Shown in pieces: positions 8,384 to 17,780 of a stretch of DNA of 64,000 nt. Every line of letters starts with the position of its first letter. Position 1 is the stretch's first letter. This DNA comes from a virus (taxonomy: Duplodnaviria > Heunggongvirae > Uroviricota > Caudoviricetes). The translations under genes were made by a program, and so were the position numbers. Location of the stretch: IMG/VR virus record IMGVR_UViG_3300033153_012477, positions 55,437 to 119,436 of that record. One strand, given 5' to 3'. The notes under the pieces are model-generated. The model saw only the letters and a list, made by a program, of their open reading frames with translations. It ran no database searches and was not told where the DNA came from.

Positions 8384-9607
8384 ATGGCAGAAGATGATGA
8401 TAAAATCATTACTAAGAAACATCTAAATTCTTTTTTTGATTCTATAGATATTAATTTAAGAGATATAATTAATAATCGAAATAGGGAGCAATCAAAGCAA
8501 GCAGAGATGCGTCCTGGTATCGGAGAGTGTGCTGATGATAACTTTAGTGAGAAGCATTCTTCAGAAGAGTTAAAAGATTCTTTAAATAAAATACTAGAAG
8601 AAAACAAACCTAAAGTTGAAGAACAGGTAAAGAAAAAAGTAGGAGAGCAGTCTCCTAAGTATACCGTGCCTGAATTTAAAGAAGAAACCACACTTAAGGT
8701 GGACGATGGTTGTTTTGACACAACCAAAAGCACCCAAGAGGCTCCTGCCCCTGAAGATGTTAAAGGTCCAAACATAATGTATCTCACAACAGAGTGTAAC
8801 TTAGCTTGTGAGTATTGTTATGAACAAACGGAAAGAGACCAACTGGATACTCAGCGAGTTATGACCAAAAAAGAATTGTCTAGTGCTTTAGAGTTGATCC
8901 ACAATAAGTGGAACAAAAAATCAGAGTGTCCAGAAACTGTAGTTATTTTTGGTGGAGAACCTTTTTTAGTTCCAGAATCTGTGAAATATATTCTAGACAG
9001 AAGTATCGAAATCAATAAAGATGCTTATGCTTTTTGCTTAACCACGAATGGTGTCTGGTTTTTAAAAGAAGAAAATGTTCTGAAGTACAAAGAGTGGACT
9101 AAAGGTAGAACTATCAGCTTAGAAGTAAGTTGGGATGGATCAGGAAACTATCGAAGAGTTTACAAAAACGGCAAGCCTGCAGAACACCACATAAATCAAG
9201 CTCTGGACAATCTAGCCAAGCATGGGATCAACGTAACACTGAGATACACGATACATGCAGGTAACTACGATAAGGTGATACATGATTATATCTATGGTAT
9301 CGAGAGATGGGCAAACATCAAAAAAATACAGAATAGTTATGATTTCACAGGACTTGACGAAGTGGACCCAGATCTAAACTGGGAACAGTTGATTTATGGG
9401 AAACTGAAATATCGAGAATTCTACCGAGCTTTGTGGAATAAGTATGAAAAACCACTCTGTCAGGAAGTTTGTGACTTGTGTGACTACTGTGACCTGACGT
9501 TAAACGCTGTTAACTACTTTGTCCCAGAAGAAGATGTTTTAGTAAAACCATCTAATGATAAAGGACAAGTTCAAAATAAACCCTTTGACCATTGGTTAAA
9601 GAAATAA
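8384..9607 (+). CDS. Radical SAM/SPASM-like enzyme with a roughly 130-aa N-terminal extension
   Basis: 'LTTECNLACEYCYE' (CxxxCxxC), 'FGGEPFL' and a C-terminal Cys cluster 'CQEVCDLCDYCDL'. Confidence 0.75.
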   Translation: MAEDDDKIITKKHLNSFFDSIDINLRDIINNRNREQSKQAEMRPGIGECADDNFSEKHSSEELKDSLNKILEENKPKVEEQVKKKVGEQSPKYTVPEFKEETTLKVDDGCFDTTKSTQEAPAPEDVKGPNIMYLTTECNLACEYCYEQTERDQLDTQRVMTKKELSSALELIHNKWNKKSECPETVVIFGGEPFLVPESVKYILDRSIEINKDAYAFCLTTNGVWFLKEENVLKYKEWTKGRTISLEVSWDGSGNYRRVYKNGKPAEHHINQALDNLAKHGINVTLRYTIHAGNYDKVIHDYIYGIERWANIKKIQNSYDFTGLDEVDPDLNWEQLIYGKLKYREFYRALWNKYEKPLCQEVCDLCDYCDLTLNAVNYFVPEEDVLVKPSNDKGQVQNKPFDHWLKK

Positions 9608-9616
9608 GGAGATAAT

Positions 9617-10762
9617 ATGGGAACGAGTCCAATGAGAAAGGGTAACAACTTTTTCTTTTTTGATATAAACACAACAACTCGATGTAATCTACGCTGTAAG
9701 TATTGCATAGAACCTTTCAAAGAAGATAAAGATCTAGACGATGAGGTAATTAATAAGTTTATTGCCAGAATGGATGAGTTTTTTGCTTCTAACTTAATGA
9801 AAAGCTATGACGGGGTCACTATTGGGTTTTGGGGTGGAGAACCAACAACTAACCCAAAAGCTATGCAAAAAATCATCAGACACTACGAAAATGATGATCA
9901 GATTAGATTTTTAGTCTATTCTAATGGATACAGAATCAATCATATCAGACCTTTTATAGAAGAATACAAGGATACGAAACTACCAAATGGTAGTCCTAAA
10001 ATATATTATCAGATATCCTATGATGGTCGTGCAGCTCATGCTCATAATAGATTATCCTACACTGGTAAAGAAACTGTAGAGGAAGTCAAAGACTCAATTG
10101 CTTGGGCTGTGAGGGAAAATATACCTTTCAGTATTAAATCTACTATAAATAGGGAAACATTTCACCTAATGGATGAGTGCTATGAAGATGTCAAAGAACT
10201 CACAGAAGGTCAAAATGGAACTTATTTTCCAACAATTGATTATCTTACTAATATAAAAGTAACAGATGAAGAGAGAACTCAGCATTACAAGGATATGGAG
10301 AAATCTTTAGTTAATATTGCTGAGAAAGAAATTGACTATTATAGGAAACACAACAGGTTCTTTTTCTCTTGGTTTAATGACAGTAAAGCCCTATGTGCAG
10401 CAGGATCTCATGGATTAGCTATGGATATTGATGGTACGATTTACAAATGCCACGGTGTCTTTTACAGCGATGTCAAAGAAGATAACAGGGTTACCTCTAT
10501 CTATGATGATACCTTCATGGAAGATATAGAGGCTTCTTGTAAAATGCACAAAGAGATTCACCAAATTATACCAGAGGCTTGTAAGAACTGTTACTCCGAG
10601 TTTTGTTTGAAGTGCAATTCAATGTGTTACGATATTAGTGAAAAAGAAACATTTATGGAAAGATGGAATGATTACCCAAATCAACCTGAAATATGCGATC
10701 TGTATCGTCTAGCCACACAAGTAAAGTGGGGCATGCAGAAGGTCTTGGGTTTAAAAAAATAA
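9617..10762 (+). CDS. Radical SAM/SPASM-like enzyme
   Basis: 'TTTRCNLRCKYCIE' (CxxxCxxC), 'WGGEPT' and a C-terminal cluster 'CKNCYSEFCLKCNSMC'. GGAG ribosome-binding site. Confidence 0.75.
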   Translation: MGTSPMRKGNNFFFFDINTTTRCNLRCKYCIEPFKEDKDLDDEVINKFIARMDEFFASNLMKSYDGVTIGFWGGEPTTNPKAMQKIIRHYENDDQIRFLVYSNGYRINHIRPFIEEYKDTKLPNGSPKIYYQISYDGRAAHAHNRLSYTGKETVEEVKDSIAWAVRENIPFSIKSTINRETFHLMDECYEDVKELTEGQNGTYFPTIDYLTNIKVTDEERTQHYKDMEKSLVNIAEKEIDYYRKHNRFFFSWFNDSKALCAAGSHGLAMDIDGTIYKCHGVFYSDVKEDNRVTSIYDDTFMEDIEASCKMHKEIHQIIPEACKNCYSEFCLKCNSMCYDISEKETFMERWNDYPNQPEICDLYRLATQVKWGMQKVLGLKK

Positions 10763-10774
10763 GGAGCGTTAGAA

Positions 10775-11452
10775 ATGGGTAGCTGGACATGTACTTGTAA
10801 TGCACATGATGGTTCAAATTGGGCATGTGCTTGTAACTCTCAGGGAGGATCTAACTGGTGGACTTGTGTAGAAGTCTATGATTCTTTTTATCTACTAAAC
10901 GATGCTTGTCCTGCAAATCAATCATCGTGGACGGACCCTACACTTAGCAACACTATTAAGATCAAAGCTCAACACATTAATGAGCTTAGAACTTCTATAA
11001 ATGGGGAGCAGGGTAGGAGACACACAACACCACATAACTTCGGAACATCTCGTTCCTCTGCGGATAAAGTAACCCGAGTTGATACTCAAACACTCAGAGA
11101 CCAGATTGAAGCACTACACCCTTTCACAGGATCGTGGGTTTATAACTACAACACTATCTCTAAGATAGAAGCAGCTATTCTCACAGAAGTTAGAACTAAT
11201 CTAAATGATTCTGAGAACGACTGTTTATGTAACTGCAATTATTGCACATGCCAATGTAATTATTGTACTTGCAACTGTAACTACTGTACTTGCGATTGTA
11301 ACTACTGCACTTGCGATTGTAACTACTGTACTTGTGATTGTAACTACTGCACATGTAACTGTAATTACTGTACATGTAACTGTAACTACTCATGCACATG
11401 TAACTGTAACTATAGTGATGAAGAGCTGAAGGAAGAAATCTCCTATATGTAA
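10775..11452 (+). CDS. Cys-rich tandem-repeat protein: seven 'CNYCTC[QND]' heptads plus an N-terminal 'GSNW-xCxC-N' triplet; candidate rSAM substrate or metal-binding protein
   Basis: 225-aa ORF directly downstream of three rSAM/SPASM genes with a GGAG ribosome-binding site. Residues 150-213 read CLCN CNYCTCQ CNYCTCN CNYCTCD CNYCTCD CNYCTCD CNYCTCN CNYCTCN CNYSCTCN. The N-terminus is 'WTCTCNAHDGSNWACACNSQGGSNWWTC'. Confidence 0.7.
   Translation: MGSWTCTCNAHDGSNWACACNSQGGSNWWTCVEVYDSFYLLNDACPANQSSWTDPTLSNTIKIKAQHINELRTSINGEQGRRHTTPHNFGTSRSSADKVTRVDTQTLRDQIEALHPFTGSWVYNYNTISKIEAAILTEVRTNLNDSENDCLCNCNYCTCQCNYCTCNCNYCTCDCNYCTCDCNYCTCDCNYCTCNCNYCTCNCNYSCTCNCNYSDEELKEEISYM
11222..11413 (+). repeat. 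Tandem 21-bp coding repeat, about 9 units (TGTAACTACTGTACTTGCGAT-like)
   Basis: Visible in the raw sequence between 11222 and 11413. It encodes the CNYCTCx heptads. The spurious ORFs 11196-11471(-) and 11205-11429(+) are repeat artefacts. Confidence 0.85.
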
Positions 11453-11474
11453 TTTTTTTTAAACGGGACAAGAG

Positions 11475-11750
11475 ATGTTGGGACTAGACTTCGTTAAAAA
11501 ATTAAAACCTGCTATATTTCAGTATAAACCTGAGCACCTTCGTAAGAAGGAACATAAAGTCCACTTTGGTTTTATGGCTCAGGATATAGCTGAACTTCTT
11601 GGCGATGATACCAAATACGCAATTCTTAAAAAAGATGATAAAGACTTCTATATGGTAGATCATGGAGAGTTAATAGCTCCCCTGGTTAAAGCTGTCCAAG
11701 AATTGACAGCTAGAGTAGAAGAATTAGAAAGGACTCTTAAACATGACTGA
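11475..11750 (+). CDS. Stand-alone intramolecular-chaperone (Peptidase_S74 / endosialidase-chaperone-like) domain protein
   Basis: 'KVHFGFMAQDIAELLGDD...DFYMVDHGELIAPLVKAVQELTARVEELERTL' matches the S74 C-terminal tail-fiber chaperone pattern (h.GfiAQEv...vdY..L..lliEAiKeL...ieeLe). Confidence 0.5.
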   Translation: MLGLDFVKKLKPAIFQYKPEHLRKKEHKVHFGFMAQDIAELLGDDTKYAILKKDDKDFYMVDHGELIAPLVKAVQELTARVEELERTLKHD

Positions 11751-12075
11751 GATAAAAGAGAAAGCACTTCAAGAGATGCCTCATAGATTTAATGTTTTAA
11801 ACCTATGCACGGTATACAAATACATGACTATTAAAAATGAGTTGGTCCACAAGGGTTACGCTATAGACACCTCTGAAAGAGAGAATGTATTTATTGAAAT
11901 AATCACTAAAAATGATCCTAGAGAGATAAGTCTTTTAGAGAAGTACTTAGAGATCTATGATCTAGTTCAAGAAAATATGGGACTTGTGAATAGATATGAT
12001 GGTTTTTTTAAAAGCATTAAAGATTCAGACCAAAAAGAAACAGATCTTAACAATTTTCTAGCTGGGTTTAATTAA
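11743..12075 (+). CDS. Hypothetical protein
   Basis: 110-aa ORF in the operon. Its start overlaps the upstream stop. Confidence 0.4.
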   Translation: MTEIKEKALQEMPHRFNVLNLCTVYKYMTIKNELVHKGYAIDTSERENVFIEIITKNDPREISLLEKYLEIYDLVQENMGLVNRYDGFFKSIKDSDQKETDLNNFLAGFN

Positions 12076-12088
12076 GGAGATAAAGAGA

Positions 12089-12655
12089 ATGAAGTATTTA
12101 GGAAAAATTCATGATATAGGAAGTGTTTTGAAATTCACAGAACTTCTCGAAGTCAGTGATGATTTCTTTATTGGAGAGAATAGGTATATACAGGTAGATA
12201 AAGGATCCTATGATAAACTCAAAGAACTTGATCATGATAATGAGCTGTTCTATCCTAAAGAGGAAGAAGGTTTCTCTATGGATAAAGTTATCTATGAAAA
12301 AATGGATCCCCTTTTTTACACCAAGTATAAGATAAAAAACGCAATAGCTAATTCTTTTAAAACAGAGTTTTCTAATTTAGACTTATTTAACTTTTTAAAA
12401 TTTGTTGGGTTATCTTCAGAGCTATCTGACAAAGGGCATTATCTCTACATTGACAATCTTGATGAAAAAATAGAAGAAATTAGTAAGTTAGACAATCAAA
12501 ATCTTCTAGAGAAAGCTCAAGACCTAGCTGAGATCATCAGAATTATAGAACCCAGGATGTCGGGGTTCGACAGTTTAGTGAAACTTAAGAAAGAAATAGA
12601 TAAGTGCTCTACCGAAGATCAGATTAAGGAAGTCATAAATAGTAGGTCTAACTAA
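12089..12655 (+). CDS. Hypothetical protein
   Basis: 188-aa ORF with an AAGGAG ribosome-binding site. Confidence 0.45.
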   Translation: MKYLGKIHDIGSVLKFTELLEVSDDFFIGENRYIQVDKGSYDKLKELDHDNELFYPKEEEGFSMDKVIYEKMDPLFYTKYKIKNAIANSFKTEFSNLDLFNFLKFVGLSSELSDKGHYLYIDNLDEKIEEISKLDNQNLLEKAQDLAEIIRIIEPRMSGFDSLVKLKKEIDKCSTEDQIKEVINSRSN

Positions 12656-13754
12656 AGAAGTAGTCTACTATTTCCAAATCAACATTAAACTCTTCGACGG
12701 TGTCATAGAAGTTCAACACAGTACCTGCTGTTTGCATGTCTAACAAATATTGTTTTTTATCCACAGCTAAATCAAAACCGTCACTGTCCTCCATGAATAA
12801 CCACATTGGGTAAAGAGAATCAGAGAAAGAAGGAGCTGCTGTTAGAGTTTTAGCCGTGTAACAGTCAAAATAAATATCCCATTTCAAAAGATTTAAATTA
12901 AACTCGTCCTTGTGAAAGGACAGCTCGTGGACTTCATTATTAATAGTGTGTTCCCCAAGCACGGGGTCATTTATAAAATCTTGAGCGGATATTACCTCGT
13001 AACCGCTAACAGATATCCCTGAAGAAGAAACTACGCTTGTAGCGAAATCGCTTAAAGAGCAAGAATCCATGGAACCTATATGATGAACCCCAAAGACATC
13101 GCTGAAAAATAAGCTAGGAATATCCTTTGCTATCTTCTCAACCAAAATAGGTCTACCGTAAATATTATTTGGAATGTCTATAGACAGCTTACCTTGAGCA
13201 AATTCTTTTATTTGTTTAGCTAAGTTTAACTCACAATAACAAGAAGTGCTGTCATCATAACTGTACATCCAAGATGTTCTTAGAATCATATAGTTGTTGT
13301 CTTGAGCATAACCACTAGCTATGTATTCCTCTATCTCCTTATGAACCCTACCTTGGGCTGTTATGGGGCTTAGAGAGGTAGAATCTGTGTCAGGAGACAG
13401 TAATGAGGAAGTTGCTTGACCATCAGATACCTGATCTGTTGACATTTGAATAAACTTAGACCCATTCCACAAACCAAAAGTTGCCAAGTTCTTCATTCTG
13501 TCAATGTATTCTGTCTCAGTGAAGATACTTGAGTCGTAATGATTTTCACAGTTTACAACTATAAGCATGGTTTCTGCTAAACTATTAGAATAAAAAAGTA
13601 GCTCATCTAGACTAGAGATATCTAACTCTTCAACAGTTGGAGCATGAACAATGTATCCTTGCGTCTCTAATTCCAACTTAAGGCTTTTACCTAAAGAAGT
13701 ACCAACCCCATTAATGAGTACGTTTGACTGTGATTTATCTAATGAAACTGCCAT
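12648..13754 (-). CDS. Putative RmlD-like (dTDP-4-dehydrorhamnose reductase family) Rossmann protein with large insertions
   Basis: N-terminal 'VLINGVGTSLGKSL' glycine-rich Rossmann motif. 'MILRTSWMY' and 'NIYGRPILVEKIAKDI' resemble the RmlD 'LRTSWVYG' substrate-binding region. Weak. Confidence 0.35.
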   Translation of the reverse strand: MAVSLDKSQSNVLINGVGTSLGKSLKLELETQGYIVHAPTVEELDISSLDELLFYSNSLAETMLIVVNCENHYDSSIFTETEYIDRMKNLATFGLWNGSKFIQMSTDQVSDGQATSSLLSPDTDSTSLSPITAQGRVHKEIEEYIASGYAQDNNYMILRTSWMYSYDDSTSCYCELNLAKQIKEFAQGKLSIDIPNNIYGRPILVEKIAKDIPSLFFSDVFGVHHIGSMDSCSLSDFATSVVSSSGISVSGYEVISAQDFINDPVLGEHTINNEVHELSFHKDEFNLNLLKWDIYFDCYTAKTLTAAPSFSDSLYPMWLFMEDSDGFDLAVDKKQYLLDMQTAGTVLNFYDTVEEFNVDLEIVDYFFS

Positions 13755-13881
13755 AATTAAGTCCTTAAACCCTTGTGATTATAATTCTATTATTATCTAA
13801 AATTAATAAAGTATCGTCTTTAATTAGACTTTCCAAATGACAGAATGTTAATATTTACATAGATAAGGAGTATTATATTGT

Positions 13882-14691
13882 ATGGATGCATTATTATTCT
13901 ATCATTATTCAAGAAAAATTACGGGATCTACGTTCAATGCTTTTGAATACTTCATATCTATCTTTGAACATAACCCCGATTTTAAACTAATCTTTGTTAA
14001 TTCTAATGACATGGAGATTGATTATCTGTGTAATATTTTCGAGAACAGATATAACCTAGAGGATATTGACTACAGAAAGAGCATTGATCATATGGACTTC
14101 TGTAAAATAGTCTACCTCAACCAAGTATTAGATAAAGCACTTCTCTTAGATTACGGTACAGTTTGGAAGTTAAAAAATGTACTGAAGTGCAACCACATTA
14201 TACACATATGTGAAAAAACAGAAGATCCAGAATATAGGTTTGAGGGAAAACTTGCCCCAGTAACTTCTTATGGAGAGATGCCTTTCGCCCACAAAGACAA
14301 AGAATATCGGATGAAGTTAGGGTTCAACAGATTCAAGAAACTGAAAAACGTTAAAAAAGCAGTATATGTGAATTCCCCGTTTAACGGAGATAGATCTTTC
14401 CTGGACACAATTGATCTACCTAAAAATAAGCCCGTTATCTTCAAGTCAGGAAACCATCTTGATAATCTTTTTGAGCAGTTTGACGAGTACATATACTACC
14501 ACGCTAATAAGTGGTTTGACCCCCACCCAAGACTTTTCCTGGAGTGTGCCTTTTACGGTAAGAAGATAACATATTACAACAGACCTAACATAAGAGACGG
14601 TAGCTTTTATCGATATAATGATTTAATGATAAATGGTTTAAAGGACAGAACTCTAGATAAAAATGATGAGATAGTCAGGATATTTATATGA
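13882..14691 (+). CDS. Hypothetical protein; paralog of 14935-15948
   Basis: First gene of a 14.4-kb co-directional operon. It shares the C-terminal '...PRLFLECAFYGKKITYYNRPN' motif with 'LIPECAYYNKKVIYHDIDY' in the next large ORF. Confidence 0.5.
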   Translation: MDALLFYHYSRKITGSTFNAFEYFISIFEHNPDFKLIFVNSNDMEIDYLCNIFENRYNLEDIDYRKSIDHMDFCKIVYLNQVLDKALLLDYGTVWKLKNVLKCNHIIHICEKTEDPEYRFEGKLAPVTSYGEMPFAHKDKEYRMKLGFNRFKKLKNVKKAVYVNSPFNGDRSFLDTIDLPKNKPVIFKSGNHLDNLFEQFDEYIYYHANKWFDPHPRLFLECAFYGKKITYYNRPNIRDGSFYRYNDLMINGLKDRTLDKNDEIVRIFI

Positions 14692-14999
14692 TAAAAATAA
14701 TAACAGACTTGCAAGAGCCTTTTGAAGTTCTTCAAAAATTAAAAGGTTTTAAAAAGGAAGAAATTCACCTCTACCTGCTATACAAGGTAGAGTTAGTTGA
14801 CGACATTATAGATTTCTTTAATAAAGCTATTATTCTGGCGGACAGGTATGACACAACACTTCTTCTCCATGAGGATGACCTTAAAGAAGAAGTGGTTAAG
14901 CAAATATATACTAAATATAAAAATGATTTTTTAATTGAGGAAATCACGGATGGATTTTACAAAAAAATTTCTAAAAGGGAAGGATGTAGTCTTAGCTAA
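14688..14999 (+). CDS. Hypothetical protein
   Basis: 103-aa ORF overlapping its neighbours on both sides. Confidence 0.35.
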   Translation: MIKIITDLQEPFEVLQKLKGFKKEEIHLYLLYKVELVDDIIDFFNKAIILADRYDTTLLLHEDDLKEEVVKQIYTKYKNDFLIEEITDGFYKKISKREGCSLS

Positions 15000-15948
15000 T
15001 GTACTGAGGAGTAGTTCCTGTGGACATCTTTTCGAGTGTATTGAATACTACTATCTTTTCAAAACAGAATATATTGCCATGTTAGGTAGACCTCTTAAAC
15101 CAGCTATCTACTTAGCCTATGATAATTTCACTAAAGAAGATCTAAGAGAGATTGTAGAGAATAAGTATGGTTTCACTCCTGTAGAGGTAGACAATCTTCT
15201 AGAGGATACCCACATCGAGACGATAAATGATTTCATGGGATACAAGATACATGACTTCAGAAACGTCACCACTACTATCTTCGTTGAAGGGTATGATTTA
15301 ATACAGATGAACAGGTTAAACATGTTCACATTGGCGAATCATCTAATTGCGTTGAGGTGTGCTCAAGCAGATGAGGAATATAAAGAAATTGGTTTCACTA
15401 AAACAGATTTTCAAGTGTTTCAAGATTATAGAGTTTATGGAAAGGAGCTACACGAGTATAAGACAAAGAATCACGTTAAAAAAATACTTTTCAATAAGCT
15501 AAAGTTATTTAAATTTCAAGAGCGAAATTCAGCGTTTATGTATCTATCTACCGACTGCCGTGAACTTCCAGAGGACTATGTCCAAAAAACTCTGGAACAA
15601 TACCCCCAGTTCTCTAAAATATATGTTTCCGTTTTAGATAAAGAACCTTTTAAACATTTGGAAACGGATAGGATTAAGTTTCTAACTCCCCCTATTAAAA
15701 ACTTTCACAGTCTCTTCGACACTATGATCTACATGCCTGTTGGAAGAAAGTTTGATTGCTCCTCTAGGTTAATTCCTGAGTGTGCTTACTATAATAAAAA
15801 AGTCATCTACCACGATATTGATTATGTCGATAAAGGTTTAAAGATTAGAAAAGAAGATAGTATTGGGCTATTTAACAATCTTTACTTAGACAGAGAGGAT
15901 GAACTATTTAAAACCGTGGCAAGGAAGGTCATCCGTGCTAAGCAATAA
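14935..15948 (+). CDS. Hypothetical protein; paralog of 13882-14691
   Basis: Shared C-terminal ECA(F/Y)Y-KK-(I/V)-Y motif with the upstream paralog. The start coordinate is uncertain because of the overlap with the 103-aa ORF. Confidence 0.45.
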   Translation: MRKSRMDFTKKFLKGKDVVLANVLRSSSCGHLFECIEYYYLFKTEYIAMLGRPLKPAIYLAYDNFTKEDLREIVENKYGFTPVEVDNLLEDTHIETINDFMGYKIHDFRNVTTTIFVEGYDLIQMNRLNMFTLANHLIALRCAQADEEYKEIGFTKTDFQVFQDYRVYGKELHEYKTKNHVKKILFNKLKLFKFQERNSAFMYLSTDCRELPEDYVQKTLEQYPQFSKIYVSVLDKEPFKHLETDRIKFLTPPIKNFHSLFDTMIYMPVGRKFDCSSRLIPECAYYNKKVIYHDIDYVDKGLKIRKEDSIGLFNNLYLDREDELFKTVARKVIRAKQ

Positions 15949-16975
15949 ACTCTTCAACCATTTAGTAGAAGACTCAAACTTACCTCACACGGTTCGCAGT
16001 CAGTTATTTGTTGGGACATTTTGTAACTACAAGTGTGAGTTCTGCTATTATAAACCACACCTATCAGTTAGAAACGATCCCGAAAAAGTTTACGAACAGA
16101 TGAGATATGTGAAGAAGTGTGGTGTTGTAGATATCGAACTCACTGGAGGAGAGCCTACAATAGACCCCCATTGGTTTGATTATTTGGACTATGGGAAGAA
16201 AACTTTCAGACATCTCAGTCTCATAACAAATGGTCAAATGATGGCTAAGAGAGACTTCATCCAGAAAAGTTATGACCACGGTCTTAGAGAAATTCTTTTC
16301 TCACTACACGGATATGATCAAGAATCTCATGAAAAAATAACAGGAATACCAGGATCATGGGAAAAGATACTAAAGGCAATTGAAAATGCTAAGTATATAG
16401 GTTTTATTGTCAGGATAAACACCACGGTCTGCAGCATTAACTATAAAAATCTTGATAGAATTGCCCTGAAGATAAAGGAAATAAAACCGCTAGGTATGAA
16501 CTTTATCCCACTAAACTACTGGGACGGTGCTGATGCTAGTGGAGTAGATGTACCTTATGAGCTAATGGCTCCTCATATTAAATATGCCATCGATATAGTG
16601 AAAGGTCACGCTAGATATATCAATGTCAGATACATGCCTTATTGTCACATGAGGGGATATGAGGAGTATGTTTGTAACTGGCACCAGCACACTTATGACT
16701 ATTGGGACTGGCACAATTCTTTTAAAAAATTACCCGAACTAGACTATAGAGAAGCCCGCACTTACATAGATGAGGTTAGAGAGTATGTTTACGCTAAGAA
16801 AACAAAATGTCTTGCATGTAAGTATCGAGGAATATGTGACGGAGTTGAGAAGAAACTAATAGAGCACAATGAACTAAAAGAAACAACTGGAGATCTAATA
16901 AAAGATCCTATGCATTTTAGAAAAAATTATTGCACCCTTAATGAATACAACGAGATAATTTATGCCAAAAATTAG
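15899..16975 (+). CDS. Radical SAM enzyme
   Basis: 'FCNYKCEFCYY' (CxxxCxxC), 'LTGGEPT' and additional C-terminal Cys residues (CHMRG..C..., CLACKYRGICDG). Confidence 0.7.
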   Translation: MNYLKPWQGRSSVLSNKLFNHLVEDSNLPHTVRSQLFVGTFCNYKCEFCYYKPHLSVRNDPEKVYEQMRYVKKCGVVDIELTGGEPTIDPHWFDYLDYGKKTFRHLSLITNGQMMAKRDFIQKSYDHGLREILFSLHGYDQESHEKITGIPGSWEKILKAIENAKYIGFIVRINTTVCSINYKNLDRIALKIKEIKPLGMNFIPLNYWDGADASGVDVPYELMAPHIKYAIDIVKGHARYINVRYMPYCHMRGYEEYVCNWHQHTYDYWDWHNSFKKLPELDYREARTYIDEVREYVYAKKTKCLACKYRGICDGVEKKLIEHNELKETTGDLIKDPMHFRKNYCTLNEYNEIIYAKN

Positions 16976-17780
16976 TGTTATTATACCAACACATAATAGA
17001 GAAAAGCTTTGTAAAAGAGCAATAGCAAGTGTATTGGCTCAAACATTTGAAGATTATGAGATCATCGTATCAAATGACTCTGAGTTGGATTATAGTATCG
17101 AAGAGAGTTACATCTTTCAGCATCCAAAAGTATCTTACTATAAGATTCCACCTAAGGGATACGATCACAACTATATGTTCTTAGCGGAAAAATCAACAGG
17201 AGAATATCTTTATTGTCTTGAAGATGACGACTACCTTATTAATAATAATATATTTGAAAAAGGTGTAACTCTAATAAACAAATATGATCAAGTAAATGCG
17301 GTAGTGATGAATAGCTCTCTTGGGTTTAAAGAAGCTGTGTCAGATAAAACTAGCTTTAAAGAGATATATTCCAACGAAGAATTTTTCAAACTATTCCCCG
17401 ATATTTCTGTAGGTTTTCAATTTGGTCAAGTATTAGCAAAAACCAGCATAATAAAACCACTTATTTTAAAAGAAGTTCCTAAAAATTATGGGAGCGTTAA
17501 TACAGATGCTCTTGTTTTTCTACTATTATGTTTAAAAAGAGGTAACATATGCCACATGAATAGCGTGGGTTACATGATCACCGTGAATGGAGATAACCAA
17601 TCTTGGAATAACTATGACAATTGTTTCTTTGGTGGAAGCTCCTACATTCAAGATGTTTGTAAAAAAGCATCCCATTTAAATGTCGATTTAGATCAATGGA
17701 AAGAAAAAATGGAGTATCTCCATATTGAACATATTTTAAAATATTTACCTGAATATTTGAAAGAGGTCGGAAAGTGTTAA
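16962..17780 (+). CDS. Family-2 glycosyltransferase (GT2)
   Basis: 'ISVIIPTHNREKLCKRAIASVLAQTFEDYEIIVSNDSE' is the GT2 N-terminal signature (SVIIPTYN....SVL.QT...E(I/L)IVVDD). Confidence 0.7.
   Translation: MPKISVIIPTHNREKLCKRAIASVLAQTFEDYEIIVSNDSELDYSIEESYIFQHPKVSYYKIPPKGYDHNYMFLAEKSTGEYLYCLEDDDYLINNNIFEKGVTLINKYDQVNAVVMNSSLGFKEAVSDKTSFKEIYSNEEFFKLFPDISVGFQFGQVLAKTSIIKPLILKEVPKNYGSVNTDALVFLLLCLKRGNICHMNSVGYMITVNGDNQSWNNYDNCFFGGSSYIQDVCKKASHLNVDLDQWKEKMEYLHIEHILKYLPEYLKEVGKC

Noticed and set aside
8191-8787. 198-aa minus-strand ORF antisense to the acidic protein and rSAM genes
   Set aside because: It is a Ser/Leu/Phe-rich low-complexity product sitting antisense to well-supported plus-strand genes in a tightly coupled operon, so it is probably a shadow ORF.
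11222-11413. Possible CRISPR array because of regularly spaced 21-bp repeats
   Set aside because: The repeats are directly adjacent with no unique spacers and sit in-frame inside a protein-coding ORF, so this is a coding tandem repeat and not a CRISPR.
11196-11471. Minus-strand 91-aa ORF and plus-strand 74-aa ORF (11205-11429) inside the 21-bp tandem repeat
   Set aside because: Both are alternative-frame read-throughs of the tandem repeat (poly-SYS/poly-VTT translations) and are artefacts of repeat periodicity.
11441-11480. Programmed frameshift joining the Cys-repeat protein to the S74-like ORF via the T8 run (11453-11460)
   Set aside because: The in-frame TAA stop (11450-11452) lies upstream of the homopolymer, so slippage there cannot bypass it. 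A sequencing indel is still possible but cannot be judged from the sequence alone.
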